Shown here: in pieces, positions 9,505 through 22,159 of the stretch
Position numbering within the stretch: position 1 is the stretch's first letter
Layout: the number at the start of each line of letters is the position of its first letter
NCBI RefSeq assembly: GCF_002105155.1
Contig: NW_019028991.1
Coordinates: forward strand, 806,001 to 847,032
Direction of reading: 5' to 3'
Length of the DNA stretch: 41,032 bases
Source of the DNA: Lobosporangium transversale
Taxonomy: Eukaryota
Made by a program: the position numbers and the translations under genes
The notes under the pieces: generated by a model
What the model was told of the DNA's origin: nothing
What the model saw: the letters and a program-made list of their open reading frames with translations, nothing else
Databases searched by the model: none

Positions 9505-12452
9505 CCCAATGTTGGTGCAGCCATCAATTCTGCAATCTTTCCTTCTGCCTGCGAAACCAATCCTGAACATTGCTCCCATGTCTCCGGACTGATCCGGTCA
9601 ATCCCACATATGAAACTGAAAGCAAGCAATGGGGCATGTAAAAATAATGTGAACAGCCCGCCAATTTGAGTCGGATCTACAAAATGAAACTGAAAACGTA
9701 AGATTACTGTAGACGCAAAGCTCATACAAAAATTGATAATAAGGCTGCGGACTAAAATATTCGCAAAGTTACCTGGGATGGAAGGAGGGTACTCTGTTGG
9801 CGATAACAAACTCATGAATGGATGATTAAACACTCGAGGTATTTCCTAAACAGAAAAAAAAAAAAAAAAAAAAAAAAAAAAACATCATTTCAGTCAGATT
9901 CATTGGCAATGTAAGAGCCCACTTTATATCTGCTTTATGTCAAACAAGCTTGTAGCCGGCTTACTGCAAACGCGCTGCTATTGTCACTATCAACAATTAA
10001 AAACATTGGCTTCCGCGTGAATGGAAGCAAATCTCCTGGGTGAAGGCAGTGACTGATACTCTGCTGTTCAGGATCAGAATTGTCTAATGCCTTACGAGAG
10101 TAAGTCGCAATTCCTCCACGATAGCCTGTTAATAGTATGGAGGGCCAGGCAGATGGAGAAAAAGAAAAAAAAGAGTCGTGTCAGAAAGATCATGAACCTT
10201 GAATACTTTGAGATACTGTATTTGAACTCTTAAGCCTATACCTTTGGCGCCTGAAAGATCTGGCACAGATCTCTTTGACCCAATTGCTGAGAAGTAAATA
10301 AGCAGCGCGCCGTCACTAGATACTTCCTATTGTTTTCGCGCATAGCCCAAAAGAGTGTTAACAATGGTTCTACGCTGCACTCACTGCTATTGAAGTGAGC
10401 TATCCTACTTCCGAAAGATTTGTACCTTAAATGCTGTAGCAAGATAAAGCATAATCTGACTCAGCGTAGGTCGATATAGTAGGTACTTATGCGGATTCGG
10501 TCGCTTAATAATCTTTTCTGCAGTCTTTCGTTGTGGGATGCTTGTATCTTCTGAAGGCTCTTCTTTAATGGGTGGATTCGCTCCACTACTACTAGTCTCA
10601 TTCGCAGCGCCTGCAGCAACAGCTGTGGCGACAGCGCTGGGCGCGGTGTCCTTTGCAGTCGTATCGGTGCTACCCCTTGTTTGGGTCTCTCGCTCAAGTG
10701 ATTGCAATATACGATACATATCAATTGTCAACTCAGAAAATTTAATCTGATCAGAATTCCCTACAAGGATTGCTTCCTGGAGCCTGAGTTTTGTAGACGT
10801 GGGCCCTTCTTTATCTAATGCCGCAGAAATGGCTTTGCTGGTCTGTAGGCGCCTTGTCACAGGCAAGTATGATCCAGCTGAACTGACCGGATGAAGTTTT
10901 TTCTCTGCCTAGATTTTAAGAATGGAAATCCGACTCATGTTAGTGAATTGTGATCCCTGAAAAGAGTCCATGATAGTTGCTAATTATGACGTCCATCCAT
11001 ACATCAGTGAAGGACTTGACTTCCTGAACAACTAGGTTCCATTCTTTAGCGTCTGAGGGTGCGTAAACAGTAATATACTCATTAACAAGGGCCTCAAGCT
11101 CCTTTTTGAGAGTGGAGATGATATCGCGATTGTTAAGCAGCAAGCAAACAACAGTAAATCTTGCATAGTATCGAAGCTTCTTAATCATTAATTGTGGGCT
11201 AAAGCGATAATATACAGAAGATTATGTTAACAAAATGATACTGCCTTGGACTCATGGGCTCAACTATAACATTTAGTTATTACCTTTTCATTTCGGAAAT
11301 TTCGCTAAAGTAGCGTCTTTCACGAATAGCATCGTAAAAAATATATGACTCCTGCAAGTAGTTTGTTTCACTTGTGCGCAAACTAGCAATGTCACAGAGT
11401 TGTAGAGTTAAATCAGTAAACGTCGGCACCCATACGCATGCCTCTCAGTGAAATTATCATTTATCCGGAAAGCAATGATGTTCCGGAGCTCTTTGGTAGT
11501 CGGACTTATTTAAGTGCTTCCTGACAAAACTTACTAGTAATGATAATACAGTTGTCCGATTTTGGACGCAATCTCTCCGACTTCCCACCGCTTTAGTCCA
11601 TAACTATTTTCAAGCACAAATCTATTCAGGAGGAATCCGGTAAAAAATTAATGAGATTTAGGCAGAACAGTATAGCCATAAATAAATAGGAAATCCACAA
11701 GATATGGAACAACTGACCTACCGATTCTGCTGCTGAAATCGCCATAGCTTTTTTTTTTTTTTTTTTTTTTTTGATACAACAAATCCTTGGTCAGTACAAA
11801 TAGTGACAAACAAATATGTAAACACAAAGTTCGTTCGTACTCCTTCTAAATACCTACTCCATACTCACTGCTTTACCTTTGAAAAGATCTCAAATGTCTT
11901 CTGAAAGTATGGCTGCCATTGCTTTGCTCCTGTAGGTGGCAAATCTCTGTACATTTGAAGAAAATAGATGTATACATGTTTGTTTTCAGCAAGCAAAAGA
12001 AAAAAGTGTCATTGGGTTTAGAAATCTATGTGTTACAGTTACAGTGAGATACCTTAATCCGGCAAACAAGTGTTGACTTTTCTCGAGCAGATACTGAAAT
12101 TCCTCTACCTGACAAAGTACAATTCCACCCACAATTGCAATTCCGCAAAATAATAAAATAAAGAGTGAAAAGAGTATAGTCCAGGTTTAGTCGACTCTAA
12201 CCGGCGTATTACATGCGTAGTTTGAAAATAAACCCATTTACATACGACTGTCTGATTCTGACGAGCGATTGCCTCTGCAGTCACTACGTTGTTCGAAACA
12301 ATGTCCTCCATGGGTGTTTGTTCTGCTGTTGGATCATTTCCAGGAGTGCTGCTCGTAGCATTGGTGGTAGTAGCAGCAGGTATAGAAGTGCCTGGTACTG
12401 ATGTTGAAGGGGCTGATGAAGCCTGTGTGGGTGCTGAAGAGGCTGATTCCAT
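8932..12452 (-). CDS. SCAI: SCAI (suppressor of cancer cell invasion) family protein, 14 exons, about 669 aa
   Basis: Exons 12452-12246, 12108-12053, 11946-11877, 11747-11722, 11621-11535, 11382-11284, 11198-11003, 10908-10426, 10326-10242, 10125-9965, 9845-9773, 9676-9506, 9373-9264, 9117-8932 (2010 nt). Motifs: EFQYLLEKSQHLFAGLRDLP, LWRFQQQNR, YGLKRWEVGEIASKIGQLYYHYYLRTSETNYL, KKLRYYARF, NPHKYLLYRPT, LHPGDLLPFTRKPMFLIVDSDNS. Confidence 0.92.
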
Positions 12453-12583
12453 GTTCTTGTCTTCCTGTTGACACTAAGTGAAAAATGTCGTATGAAGGAA
12501 ACAAGCTGTTGTGGTGGCAAAACAAGCCAAAAGACAACTGGACAGGCGAAATCCAACCTCACGACATCGATTGCCTCGGCTTG

Positions 12584-12602
12584 ACGCGTGTGCCACGCGC
12601 GT
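12584..12602. promoter_or_regulatory. Tandem MCB-like elements (ACGCGT and ACGCGCGT) upstream of SCAI
   Basis: ACGCGT at 12584-12589 and ACGCGCGT at 12595-12602, 130-150 bp upstream of the SCAI ATG. Confidence 0.35.
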
Positions 12603-13128
12603 GTGACTGCTTAGTGAGTCCTTGCATTTCCTTACAACCATGCTCAACACCATGCCTTCTTTCTCGCTCTTGACCTTCTGGAAGGGAAGCCGACGACAGC
12701 ATATCAACTGCTTGAGCGGCATAGTTACCTCTCCTACTTTTAGTTTGTAGTGCTACATCTCGACATGCATACTATAATTTATAGGTTCGAAGGACCTAGG
12801 GAATGGGCGAAGCTCGATTGAGTCCGTTTAAGTATGACCTCAGAAGCTGGCATGACATGGAATGTATCCACAAATGATGTACAAATAGGTGCTTAGAGAA
12901 GGGACAACCTATATCAAGCAAACTATCATTAAGGTTATTTGGTACAAGGATGATTCGAAAGTCGCCTCTGGTCCAGGTCGCAACCTGGGCTGCTTTTTAT
13001 ATTCCCTCGGCGCTCAATATTTTAACGACAAGACTCTAAATCTTCATCTTTATTTTTAATCTTCTCTTGCAACCATTGCCTCTCATCACATACTTTCGAA
13101 TCTACCCTACACAGAATCCATAACAAAT

Positions 13129-15190
13129 ATGAAATTAGTCCCTATCACAACAACTTTTGCACCTACACCCCACTCTGCTGGAGCCAGATCACCATGTCTA
13201 AAATCTGCTACACCAGCTTCACTCTCACGTCCACGACGAACAGGGACGATCATCAACCTTATCCGTGCACTGTCCCTTGTATTTTCTATCACGGCTGCTA
13301 TCGCTGTGTTCATTGTCTGGGCTGGAGTGCCGGCCGTATTAATATTACGAAACAGCTATGCCGAAGAAACTATTACCACGCCCGCGTCTTTCCCTACATT
13401 CCAATTTAAATACCATAATCAATTCGAAGCGCCGCCTATGATCGACCTGCTAACCAATTTGAAGGGACCAGAGCTCGAAATACAGAAATATGAAGTCGCC
13501 AATACCAATGAGCTGACAGATACTTCAGTACATTGTGGATGTGACACGCTCTGCCAGAACAAAAACCTGATGGATGCACTGGCAAAAATCACCATCTCTA
13601 AGAGACGCTACTCAACACGATCTGATATATCCCCTTTTATTCCTCTATCCCACAATATGCAGTTGATGAATGAAGAGGATTCTATTCGGAAGCGTACAGC
13701 TACTTTCATGAAGCGATCCAACGTCTATCCAGAACGTGAAGCAGACAAATCCGCTAAGATGAAAACAGGAGAGAAACATCGTAGCAAAGGCAAACCCACC
13801 CAAGGCGATATTAACAAGAACGAGCACAGTAAAAGCAATAACAGTGACCACCGCCATACCAAGGATAACGAGGGTAAGGCAAAGAGGTCGAAGACAGCAG
13901 AAAAGCATAAAATGTCAGCTAAGGAAGTGCATCAAGAAGAAAGTGGATATGAGGACCATACTCCTCAGGCTTTCATCAAACTTAACACAATTGGCGCTGT
14001 CAGTGGTTACTATGGTCGAGTTGAAATCGGCAACCCTGGACAATATTTTGATGTTGTCTTTGATACAGGCTCTAGCGACCTCTGGATCCCCTCAATCAAA
14101 TGTATTGAGGATGGCTGCATCAACCATCAACGTTACAATAGTCAAAGGTCCTCCAGCCACAAAAGTATCAGCCCGCCGAGCTCTTTTGAGATCGAATATG
14201 GGACAGGTGAGGTCTCTGGTCTGATTTCAGAGGACATTGTCACCATTGGCGGCATCACAAGCAAGAAACCTGTCCGGTTTGCGGAAAGTACCAGCACGAG
14301 CTCAATATTTGAGCACGCAGTTTTTGATGGTGTCTTTGGACTCGGGTATCAAGAAATGAGTAGCTCACATGAACGTCCTCCATTCTTAGCCATGCTGGAA
14401 CAGCATGCTATTAAACGCGGCATGTTTGGTTTCTATATGGGTAAAGGCTATGGTGAACTTGCTCTTGGAGGATACGACCAGTCAAAGGTTGAGGGAAACC
14501 AAATTACGTGGTCCAAAGTGGTAAAGAAGGGCTATTGGGAAATTATGATGGAGAAAGTCGAATTGAATCAAGACGATATCTTAAAAAAGCCTGTTCATGC
14601 TATTGTTGATACCGGTAAGTACTCTGTCGGCCATAAGCATTGGCATGAGTATCCAAGTGACCTTCTCTATCCATGAAGATGTCTATGTCTGCTGATTATT
14701 GCCACTTTATTTTAATAGGCACGACTCAAATCATCATGCCTGTCAATCTAGCCCGTCATCTGCATTCAAAAGTCCTCCCTGGTGCTGCTCATATCCACGA
14801 TAACATTTATTCACTTCCATGTGATCATAAGGACCTTCCTACACTTCGAATTCAAATCTCTGGAGCAATGTTTGATGTTCCCCCAAGCCTGTATGTTCTT
14901 CAGCAGATTGCTCCAGGTCGTTGTATGAGTGGATTTGCAGGTGAAGAAGTAGATGGCACAGCATGGATCCTCGGCGACGTCTTCTTGCGTAGTATATATT
15001 CGGTAAATCAGAATTACACGAACGACAGTGATTGCTTTGACTTGATATTTGATTATGTTTCTTTGATGTTGTGCCTAAACAATGCACCTGATTAATCTTT
15101 TTCTTTTTTCTTTGTTTCCATGTGGCTGTGTGTAAGATCTACGATTTTGACAACAATCGCGTTGGCTTTGGCAGACTGAACTCGACCTGA
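13129..15190 (+). CDS. Pepsin-family (A1) aspartic protease with N-terminal membrane anchor and long pro-region, about 607 aa
   Basis: Exons 13129-14614, 14719-15002, 15137-15190 (1824 nt). Motifs: YYGRVEIGNPGQYFDVVFDTGSSDLW, flap IEYGTG, FDGVFGLG, second site IVDTG|TT (split by an intron), [24 protein letters not shown]. Confidence 0.93.
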
Positions 15191-15310
15191 CTCGTGAGGC
15201 TCAATGATGGCTAAAAGACTATGAAAAACAAAATAAATATTCTCCTCACCGTGCTTTGTTCTTGACAACACTTCTAACGAGCACTAGTACTTTCTATGAG
15301 CCCCCTGTCT

Positions 15311-15347
<37 letters not shown>

Positions 15348-15749
15348 CTGAAATAACCTTCAGACCTATCCTGAACCTTGTGGCCGTTTTTTTTCTTTTT
15401 TGTGCTCAATGTATTGTCATGCTGCCTGTGTCTGATAGGGATCTTTTACTCTTGAAAGAAACCCCTTCTTCCTCTTTCACATTTTAGCCTTTAAAAAGGT
15501 TATTTGGCCGCCTCCAATGAAAATAAGCTATTTTACTGTCCGTATGTCTTCACTCCACTCTTCACCTCTTCACTTCACTCTTCCTTCTCTTCTTCTAGTT
15601 CATCGTCATCCGCCCATTTTTTAATCCATATATTTATTTATACATATTTTTAAAACTTCTTCGCTGCTGGGGTTGTGTACCTCTTCCCCAATTAAGCTTT
15701 TAGTCCGCCATAAAAAAAGTCCCCCTAGACTTCTGGTAGCACACTCATC

Positions 15750-16722
15750 ATGAACAGAAGCGGGTCTAGTAATTCATTGCCATTCTACTTTAATGGCCCG
15801 TCCTCATCCTCCTCTAGAAGACCAGGCCTTGTCTCAACTGCATCCTCATCTTCCATTCCTCCCAGCAACAACAAACGATTTCAACCCGCAAAGTTCTTTC
15901 TCCTTCTAAGTCTCTGTGTTGTCTCACTTTTAGTCCTTAGTAAAGTATCTACACCTCAGGAAGACAGCATTGTCGATGAACCATCCAATGTCAAGGACAC
16001 CAACGATGAAGTTGAGCGTGGGCTCATTGTTCAACAGATCATGGAAACTCGTAAATCAGCCTACTCATTCGAAGACTTTACAGAGGAAGGTCTAGCCCGA
16101 CCTGGAAATGAGCATCTCTTGCCGACAACTGCTGTATTACTTGGCTGGAAGCGTACTCAAGGATTAAAATTGATTGTCAGTTATTTAGTCCGTTATCCAT
16201 TCATTAAACAGATCATTGTCTGGAACAATAACCGAGACATAAAACTGTCTCGTAGGGACTTTGAGATGGATCCGAGTTATGGCCCGCTACCGGAACTGCA
16301 GGTTTACAATGCCGCAGAGAACCTACACGACTTTGCGAAATACATGTCATGCTCGCTTGCCAAATATGAGCATTGTTATTTCCAAGATGATGATTGGCTC
16401 AATACCCATATGGATGCACTCTACACCAATTTTTTGACCAGTCCAAACTTGATCCACACCAATACCTTGCCATTAATTCAGATGGAGCACCGTCGATGGA
16501 CCTTTACCAATGAGGGTATGTTTCTTTTTCAATCTACAACGACTGAAGAGATCAATCAGTTGACTGGTACAAACTGCCATGGGTTCACTGCATTTTTCCC
16601 AATATACATACTGCACAAGGTTCAAATGCCTAAAAAAAAATCTTGCAGCATCGAATTAGATATTGATATCCATAGTGATCCTTAATTTCGGACGCTGTGG
16701 AGCCTTTTCTTACTTCCCACTA

Positions 16723-16760
<38 letters not shown>

Positions 16761-18000
16761 CAACCTCAACTAGACTATAATATGCATGCTGGATTCTCAT
16801 GGATGGGTACAGGATCGTATGTGTCTCGAGCCAAGGCACAACGGTTGCTTGAACAACGTGGCAACACTACACTCTCAAAGGAGCGGTTTAAAGTGATCGA
16901 TATGTACTTTTCGATTTGGACAAATCAGTATCCTTATCAATTGGTCAATTATCTCACTCCACTCGATCAGAAGAATGGTTGGAGCACAGAAGGTGTCAAC
17001 GACCATTGGAGCATTGTCTTTAGGAATATGGTAATACTTCAAATTCTATTGCCGACTGTAGCGTCTAGGAGAAGAACTATGTGGTCTTTTATGATTTCTT
17101 AACAGACATACCTATATTTCTGGTTAATGTCGATCTATAATAGCTGGATGCTGCTGATCGCTTATACTCAGCTTTACTGGCGAGCTTCGCAAATCCTGGC
17201 AAGAGTCCTTTTGTGCGAGAAGAGGAGGAGCCATATGTCCAAGATAGACACACTAGGTATGTTTTTGACTTTGTGCAACCCATTCTTTTTGATGATTTAA
17301 TACAACATAAGCAAGCATCATACTAAAAAAGGAAATTTGTGCCTCTGTGACATGTATTTAGAGCACCATGCTTCAATGATAAATGTCTTTTTATGACCAG
17401 CCTGGATCCCTTCCCTAATCCCAAGGAAGTAGTTTTCAAGGGTGACCTACAAACGATTGATGAGCAAAATGCAAAGTTCATGGAATTGGATTATCCCACG
17501 ACAGAATTCTGGAGAACGTTTGCATATATCCATGCAGTCGATAATGATCCCCTGACCTGCTGGAATAGTTTTAAAGTGCCTCAGAAGGGTGATTCATTTG
17601 GTCTTCGATTCGTGAAGCCGACGATACTTACTTATCTTACCATTACATCCTCAAAAGGCCTGACAAGTCTAGAAGGACAAATCACCGTGTTGGCTTCAGA
17701 TCACTACGGTGATCAATGGGTGAGTATATATACTGTGTAAGATTTTTTCTGTCTAAAGATTATTCTAGCATCGGTTAACCTTTTTTTTTTTTTTTTTTTT
17801 TTTTTATCGGGACAAAGACGACATGCCAACACACGGCACGATACCCATTCGCTCACACAATGACATTGGATCTTGCATGCCCGCTTATTTCAACGATGCT
17901 ACCCGAAGGAGCTGTCTATCAAATCAAGGTGCAACTAGAGATCGGTATGGAAAAGACTTTAGAGATTTGTGGTATGGATGCAGGCGGCATGGTCCTTTAA
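15750..18000 (+). CDS. Type II membrane GT-A glycosyltransferase-like protein (exostosin/GT64-like N-terminal part) with extra C-terminal domain, about 558 aa
   Basis: Exons 15750-16515, 16774-17030, 17144-17256, 17362-17719, 17818-18000 (1677 nt). Single TM segment FFLLLSLCVVSLLVL; TAVLLGWKR, IKQIIVWNNN and DxD-type CYFQDDDW. Confidence 0.8.
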
Positions 18001-18183
18001 GTGGATATAAAAGAAAACGCAGTTGGTGCAATATCATTCCTTTATTGTTACATATGGTTTATTTATTCACATTAAATAGTAATATCTCATTTATAAAAGG
18101 GAAAAAGAAAAAGAAAAAAAAAAAAAAAAAAAAAAAAAAAGTATTAACTATTGAAGCATAATGTTCTGGTTCCAGTGTAGCAA

Positions 18184-20322
18184 CTAATTTGTTCCTGTGT
18201 GAATACAGTCAAAAATGATATTCGAGAAAGCTCTCTTGACTACCCGTAAATCCATACCCAAACTGCGATCAAAAGCCATAACTTTAAGTTTGGGCATCAT
18301 TTGCACCAGTGCACTGGCCATGTGCTCACTCAAATAATGCTCCTCCTTAATGAAATTATAGGTGGGACTGTCATCATAGATGTAGAGAAATTCAACTGCA
18401 GGGAAGTGACGGAAGGTCTTATCCGGGATCAAGTTGACAATGCGCTCTACATCATCGTATTGCAGTTGCTGCTGTTGATCGGCTACCCAAGTTGGAGTAT
18501 AGTACATAGTCCTCAGTTCATTCTCTGGCCCATAGCCTGAATCTAGAGTGTTTGCATAAGCGACACCATACATATTGTAGTTGGGCCGTCTTCGAATCTT
18601 AATGGTCGCTGGACTAAAGATTGTGTATGGATAACCGGTCCTTCCTTGTGTAATGTCGCTACTCATCTGTGGATCACCTAGATCCATCCAGGTTTCTTCC
18701 AACCTAGCATCTTGAACTTGACGATGACTTAACTCAAGCTGCCTCAACTGTGGTAGCCTCTGAACACGATCGAAGAAGAGCTGATGGCACTTGAGGCTAC
18801 CAAACTCAAGCTGGGTTAAGTTCAAGGACTTGAGTGTGCTTTGACTGGCGAACTCTGGCAGCGCCAGATAGGGGACCTTTTCATTCTCAAAGTATTTCAA
18901 TAGATCCTCATGGCTCTCACATGAGACGCCATAGAGGCTACCGCGGAGCGTCAAATGTTCTAATCCTGTCATTGTCGTCATGAGCTTGAAAAGGAACATA
19001 TAGTTGTTGATACTGATGTCCAACACAGTGATAGAATGAGCGCCGTCCCACCTTAGGCCGACACTCTGGATCGAATCTAATGAAACTCTACCCAGTGAAA
19101 GCTTTAAACATGGAATATTAAGCAATGGGCCATCCAGGAGCACTTTGCTATAATCGCTGTCATCGTCAGTGGCAGGTTCAAAGCTGAAGGCCCGCAGCCG
19201 TGAGCAAAAGATTGTGAGCGTTTGAATGCAATTGTCAAGAGTTCCAGCTATTGTTTTAACTGACTGGAAAGTAACTTCGCGAAGATTTGAGCATGACTGA
19301 AGGATTTGGTCCAATAATCCGTCATATGTCTCACAACAGGAGATGTCAAGCCGCTTTAATGACGGCACTGGTAGTGGTATTGATGTAACGGTTGGTGTGT
19401 TATCTGTCATTTCCTGTATTCCTTCAATGGCGAAGTACATCTCCCTCATATTCTCCAACACCACATCCTGAATATCGGGTATAGTGTCTATGAGTCGTCG
19501 ACTCTCCCATGCGACCGACAATGAATCTAAGGTTGGACACTCCCGTGCAACTTGCATGAGTAAATCCCAGCTGCATGACCAGTTCCTGCGAAGAATATAG
19601 TTTTTAGTGGGCAACCCACCGTTGACTGTCAGTCTCTGAAGCCTTGATATTTTAGTGACGCACCAAAGCACCTCTGGTTTGAGTTTCTCATCTGCAAGTG
19701 AGATGGTAAGGTCTGTAATGAATGGTAATTTTGTGAGGAGGCTGTCCAGTAGTGTCGTACGAGTTTCATGTTGTAATCCGAATGGTTTTCCCAGCGAAGG
19801 GTTACCATCGCCTTTGAGCATCACTATTGCATCCACATCCACAAGGCTAGGTGAGAAGAGTTTAAGATGTAGCTCTGACACATTTTGACATCGTTCTGCT
19901 ACGTAGCTGACGGTGCCTCTTGTGTCTTGTGGGTCGTAGATGGACAGCGTCAAACGCTTGGCTGCAAGTCCATTACGGAAAATAATCTGGCGATCGTCTT
20001 GCTCTGGATTTGCGTCAATATAGATGTTTTCCCATAAATAAGGTCCAAAGGCTTTCCACCATAGACGATTGACTAAAACCATAGTCTTGAGGTCATGACC
20101 GCGGAGCTCTCGCCGGATAATATATGTGATTTCAGAGACATTTAAGGCTTGATACATAAACGTGTGTGTCAGAAATGAAGAGGAAGAAGCTGATGATGAT
20201 GAAGAAGGGGGATCGTTTGTCGTCTTTACATCGGATTTGTCCTCAAATATTGAGTCAAGCAACATCATGAAGAGAAGGGAGGAGAGGAAGGGGGAATTAG
20301 AGTGAATATATCCATATTGCAA
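18184..20322 (-). CDS. F-box-like / RNI-type leucine-rich-repeat protein (Mortierellaceae-type expanded family)
   Basis: Single 712-codon ORF. Divergent F-box ALNVSEITYIIRRELRGHDLKTMVLVNRLWWKAFGPYLWENI followed by LRR-like units (CPTLDSLSV, LKRLDISCC, CSNLREVTF, LEHLTLRG, LKSLNLTQ, LPQLRQLEL, MPKLKVM). The start may be a downstream ATG. Confidence 0.8.
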   Translation of the reverse strand: MQYGYIHSNSPFLSSLLFMMLLDSIFEDKSDVKTTNDPPSSSSSASSSSFLTHTFMYQALNVSEITYIIRRELRGHDLKTMVLVNRLWWKAFGPYLWENIYIDANPEQDDRQIIFRNGLAAKRLTLSIYDPQDTRGTVSYVAERCQNVSELHLKLFSPSLVDVDAIVMLKGDGNPSLGKPFGLQHETRTTLLDSLLTKLPFITDLTISLADEKLKPEVLWCVTKISRLQRLTVNGGLPTKNYILRRNWSCSWDLLMQVARECPTLDSLSVAWESRRLIDTIPDIQDVVLENMREMYFAIEGIQEMTDNTPTVTSIPLPVPSLKRLDISCCETYDGLLDQILQSCSNLREVTFQSVKTIAGTLDNCIQTLTIFCSRLRAFSFEPATDDDSDYSKVLLDGPLLNIPCLKLSLGRVSLDSIQSVGLRWDGAHSITVLDISINNYMFLFKLMTTMTGLEHLTLRGSLYGVSCESHEDLLKYFENEKVPYLALPEFASQSTLKSLNLTQLEFGSLKCHQLFFDRVQRLPQLRQLELSHRQVQDARLEETWMDLGDPQMSSDITQGRTGYPYTIFSPATIKIRRRPNYNMYGVAYANTLDSGYGPENELRTMYYTPTWVADQQQQLQYDDVERIVNLIPDKTFRHFPAVEFLYIYDDSPTYNFIKEEHYLSEHMASALVQMMPKLKVMAFDRSLGMDLRVVKRAFSNIIFDCIHTGTN

Positions 20323-20392
20323 GAAGTTGTTTTATCTTGAACGCCCTTTTTATTTGGCAAATTACTTGGCTGCGGCCTTCCTGTCTTGTAGG

Positions 20393-20427
<35 letters not shown>

Positions 20428-20713
20428 AAATGGCTGCGGCACAAAGTGGTCTTAAAATAAGAGATGGAGAAATGGAGAGAGGAAACAAAATCTATCATCA
20501 ATTGAGCAAGGTGGTTTTAAGATCCAATAAGGTTGGCTCTCTTTACATTTTTGGAAATTTGCTAATTGATGTACACTGTCCTGTTCCCTACCCCTCATCC
20601 CTCAGCACTCTTAGTTTTATGGGCCCTAATATCTCTACTTTAAGTCCTGCTTCTTGGTGCGGTTCGGTCTTCTTATCAAATATGCACTTGAATTATTGCA
20701 GCCGTTATAAATC

Positions 20714-20749
20714 CAAGGGCAAGGGCAAGGGCAAGAGCAAGGGCAAGGG
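20714..20749. repeat. (CAAGGG)6 hexanucleotide repeat, one unit variant
   Basis: caagggcaagggcaagggcaagagcaagggcaaggg, intergenic. Confidence 0.85.
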
Positions 20750-22159
20750 CATTATTTAAAGTAATGCTATTGAGCTGTAAAGTGTGGAATGCATATGTTT
20801 CTTATTTTTGTTGATACTTATTTCGGTAGAAATCCGAAATTGGTCAAAATAGACGGTATGTATTTATGTTGGGGGAGGGAATGGTGCGATGCAGTGGCAT
20901 TATTTTTCGATGTACCTGAACACGTTACCTTTCGTTTGTGTATATATGGTTGCACCCGGAATTATTTTTCACGAGGATCCCATATTTAAATCCATGTAAA
21001 AAAAAGAAGAGGGTTAAAAGTACGAAGCACTCAAAGTGGACACCAGAGAAGGTGTATAATGAAGGTTTTTTTTTTTTTTTTTTTTTTTTTTGTTCTCCAC
21101 ATGTCAGGAGGCCATGCATCCAAGAATTTAAACAGGGCTTTTCAGCACCGACCACTTACCAATTCATATTATTCATCGAGTTTGCAAAAAACAGAGATGA
21201 ATGGATGGGTTTGTATTTATTGTTTAAAGCATATCCATCTAAAAAAGTGGACTGCAACATAATTGGCGTTTTTTTCAAGGCTAACTCTGCATATTCGAAC
21301 TATCAGAAAGGTGCTTGCTCATTTTGTTGCGTCCCGGACAATATTTTGTACAACTTCATTTGAGAGCAATATGTTTGCTTTTTGCTTGGTATACATTGTA
21401 TCACCGTTTGTTTGCAATAGCCTTGAATCATATGGCAGCAAGAACAAAAGAACGAAAAAAGGATACTTTAAACGCCTTTTCTTGTCTAATTTCAGGGCCT
21501 CGAAACCCAGAAATCGAACGGATGCAGAATGTGAGGACAGCAAGTTACTTTGTAACGGAACTTGTAGTCAGCAAGAAAAGCGCATCCCACATCACCTGTT
21601 TTCGGCTCTTCCACATTCACTCACACATACATAAATAAACCTCGTCTCCCCTCCACATTCCTCCCATTTTCCTGTCCGTTTCTTTGACCTTTTTGACCTT
21701 CTTTTAACTCTCTCGTTTTCCTTCCTTTCTTTGTATTTTATTTCTTGTTTTGTTGGCCCATCCTTCCTCCTCCTCCACAACCAATCTCTTTGCCCCCACG
21801 GACCTTGTCTTAAATTCATTACTCCTTTAATATACCATCCTTCATCTTCATCACACCCCCTGGAATGACCCATCTTCACTTCACACGCTCCTAGCGAGTC
21901 ATACTCAACAACAACCGTGTCGCAACTTTCTTTGCATAGTATATGTAAGGTATTCATAAGCTTGTATGATACCATTGCTATTCAGAGAACCAACAGCAAT
22001 TAAGTGTACAAAAGTCTTGATGCGTGGACCTCCTTTATCCCTCTCTCTCTCACACACACACATTATCTGACTATTCGAGGCGCGTTCCTTCCAGACCCTA
22101 TTTTCATCCCTATAAAATCTCCTAAATAGTCTAATAGCTTCACAAAGTTTATACTCAAT

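Noticed and set aside
12781..12800. GGTTCGAA resembling a tRNA T-loop or B box
   Set aside because: No correct T-stem register and no D arm, anticodon arm or acceptor stem.
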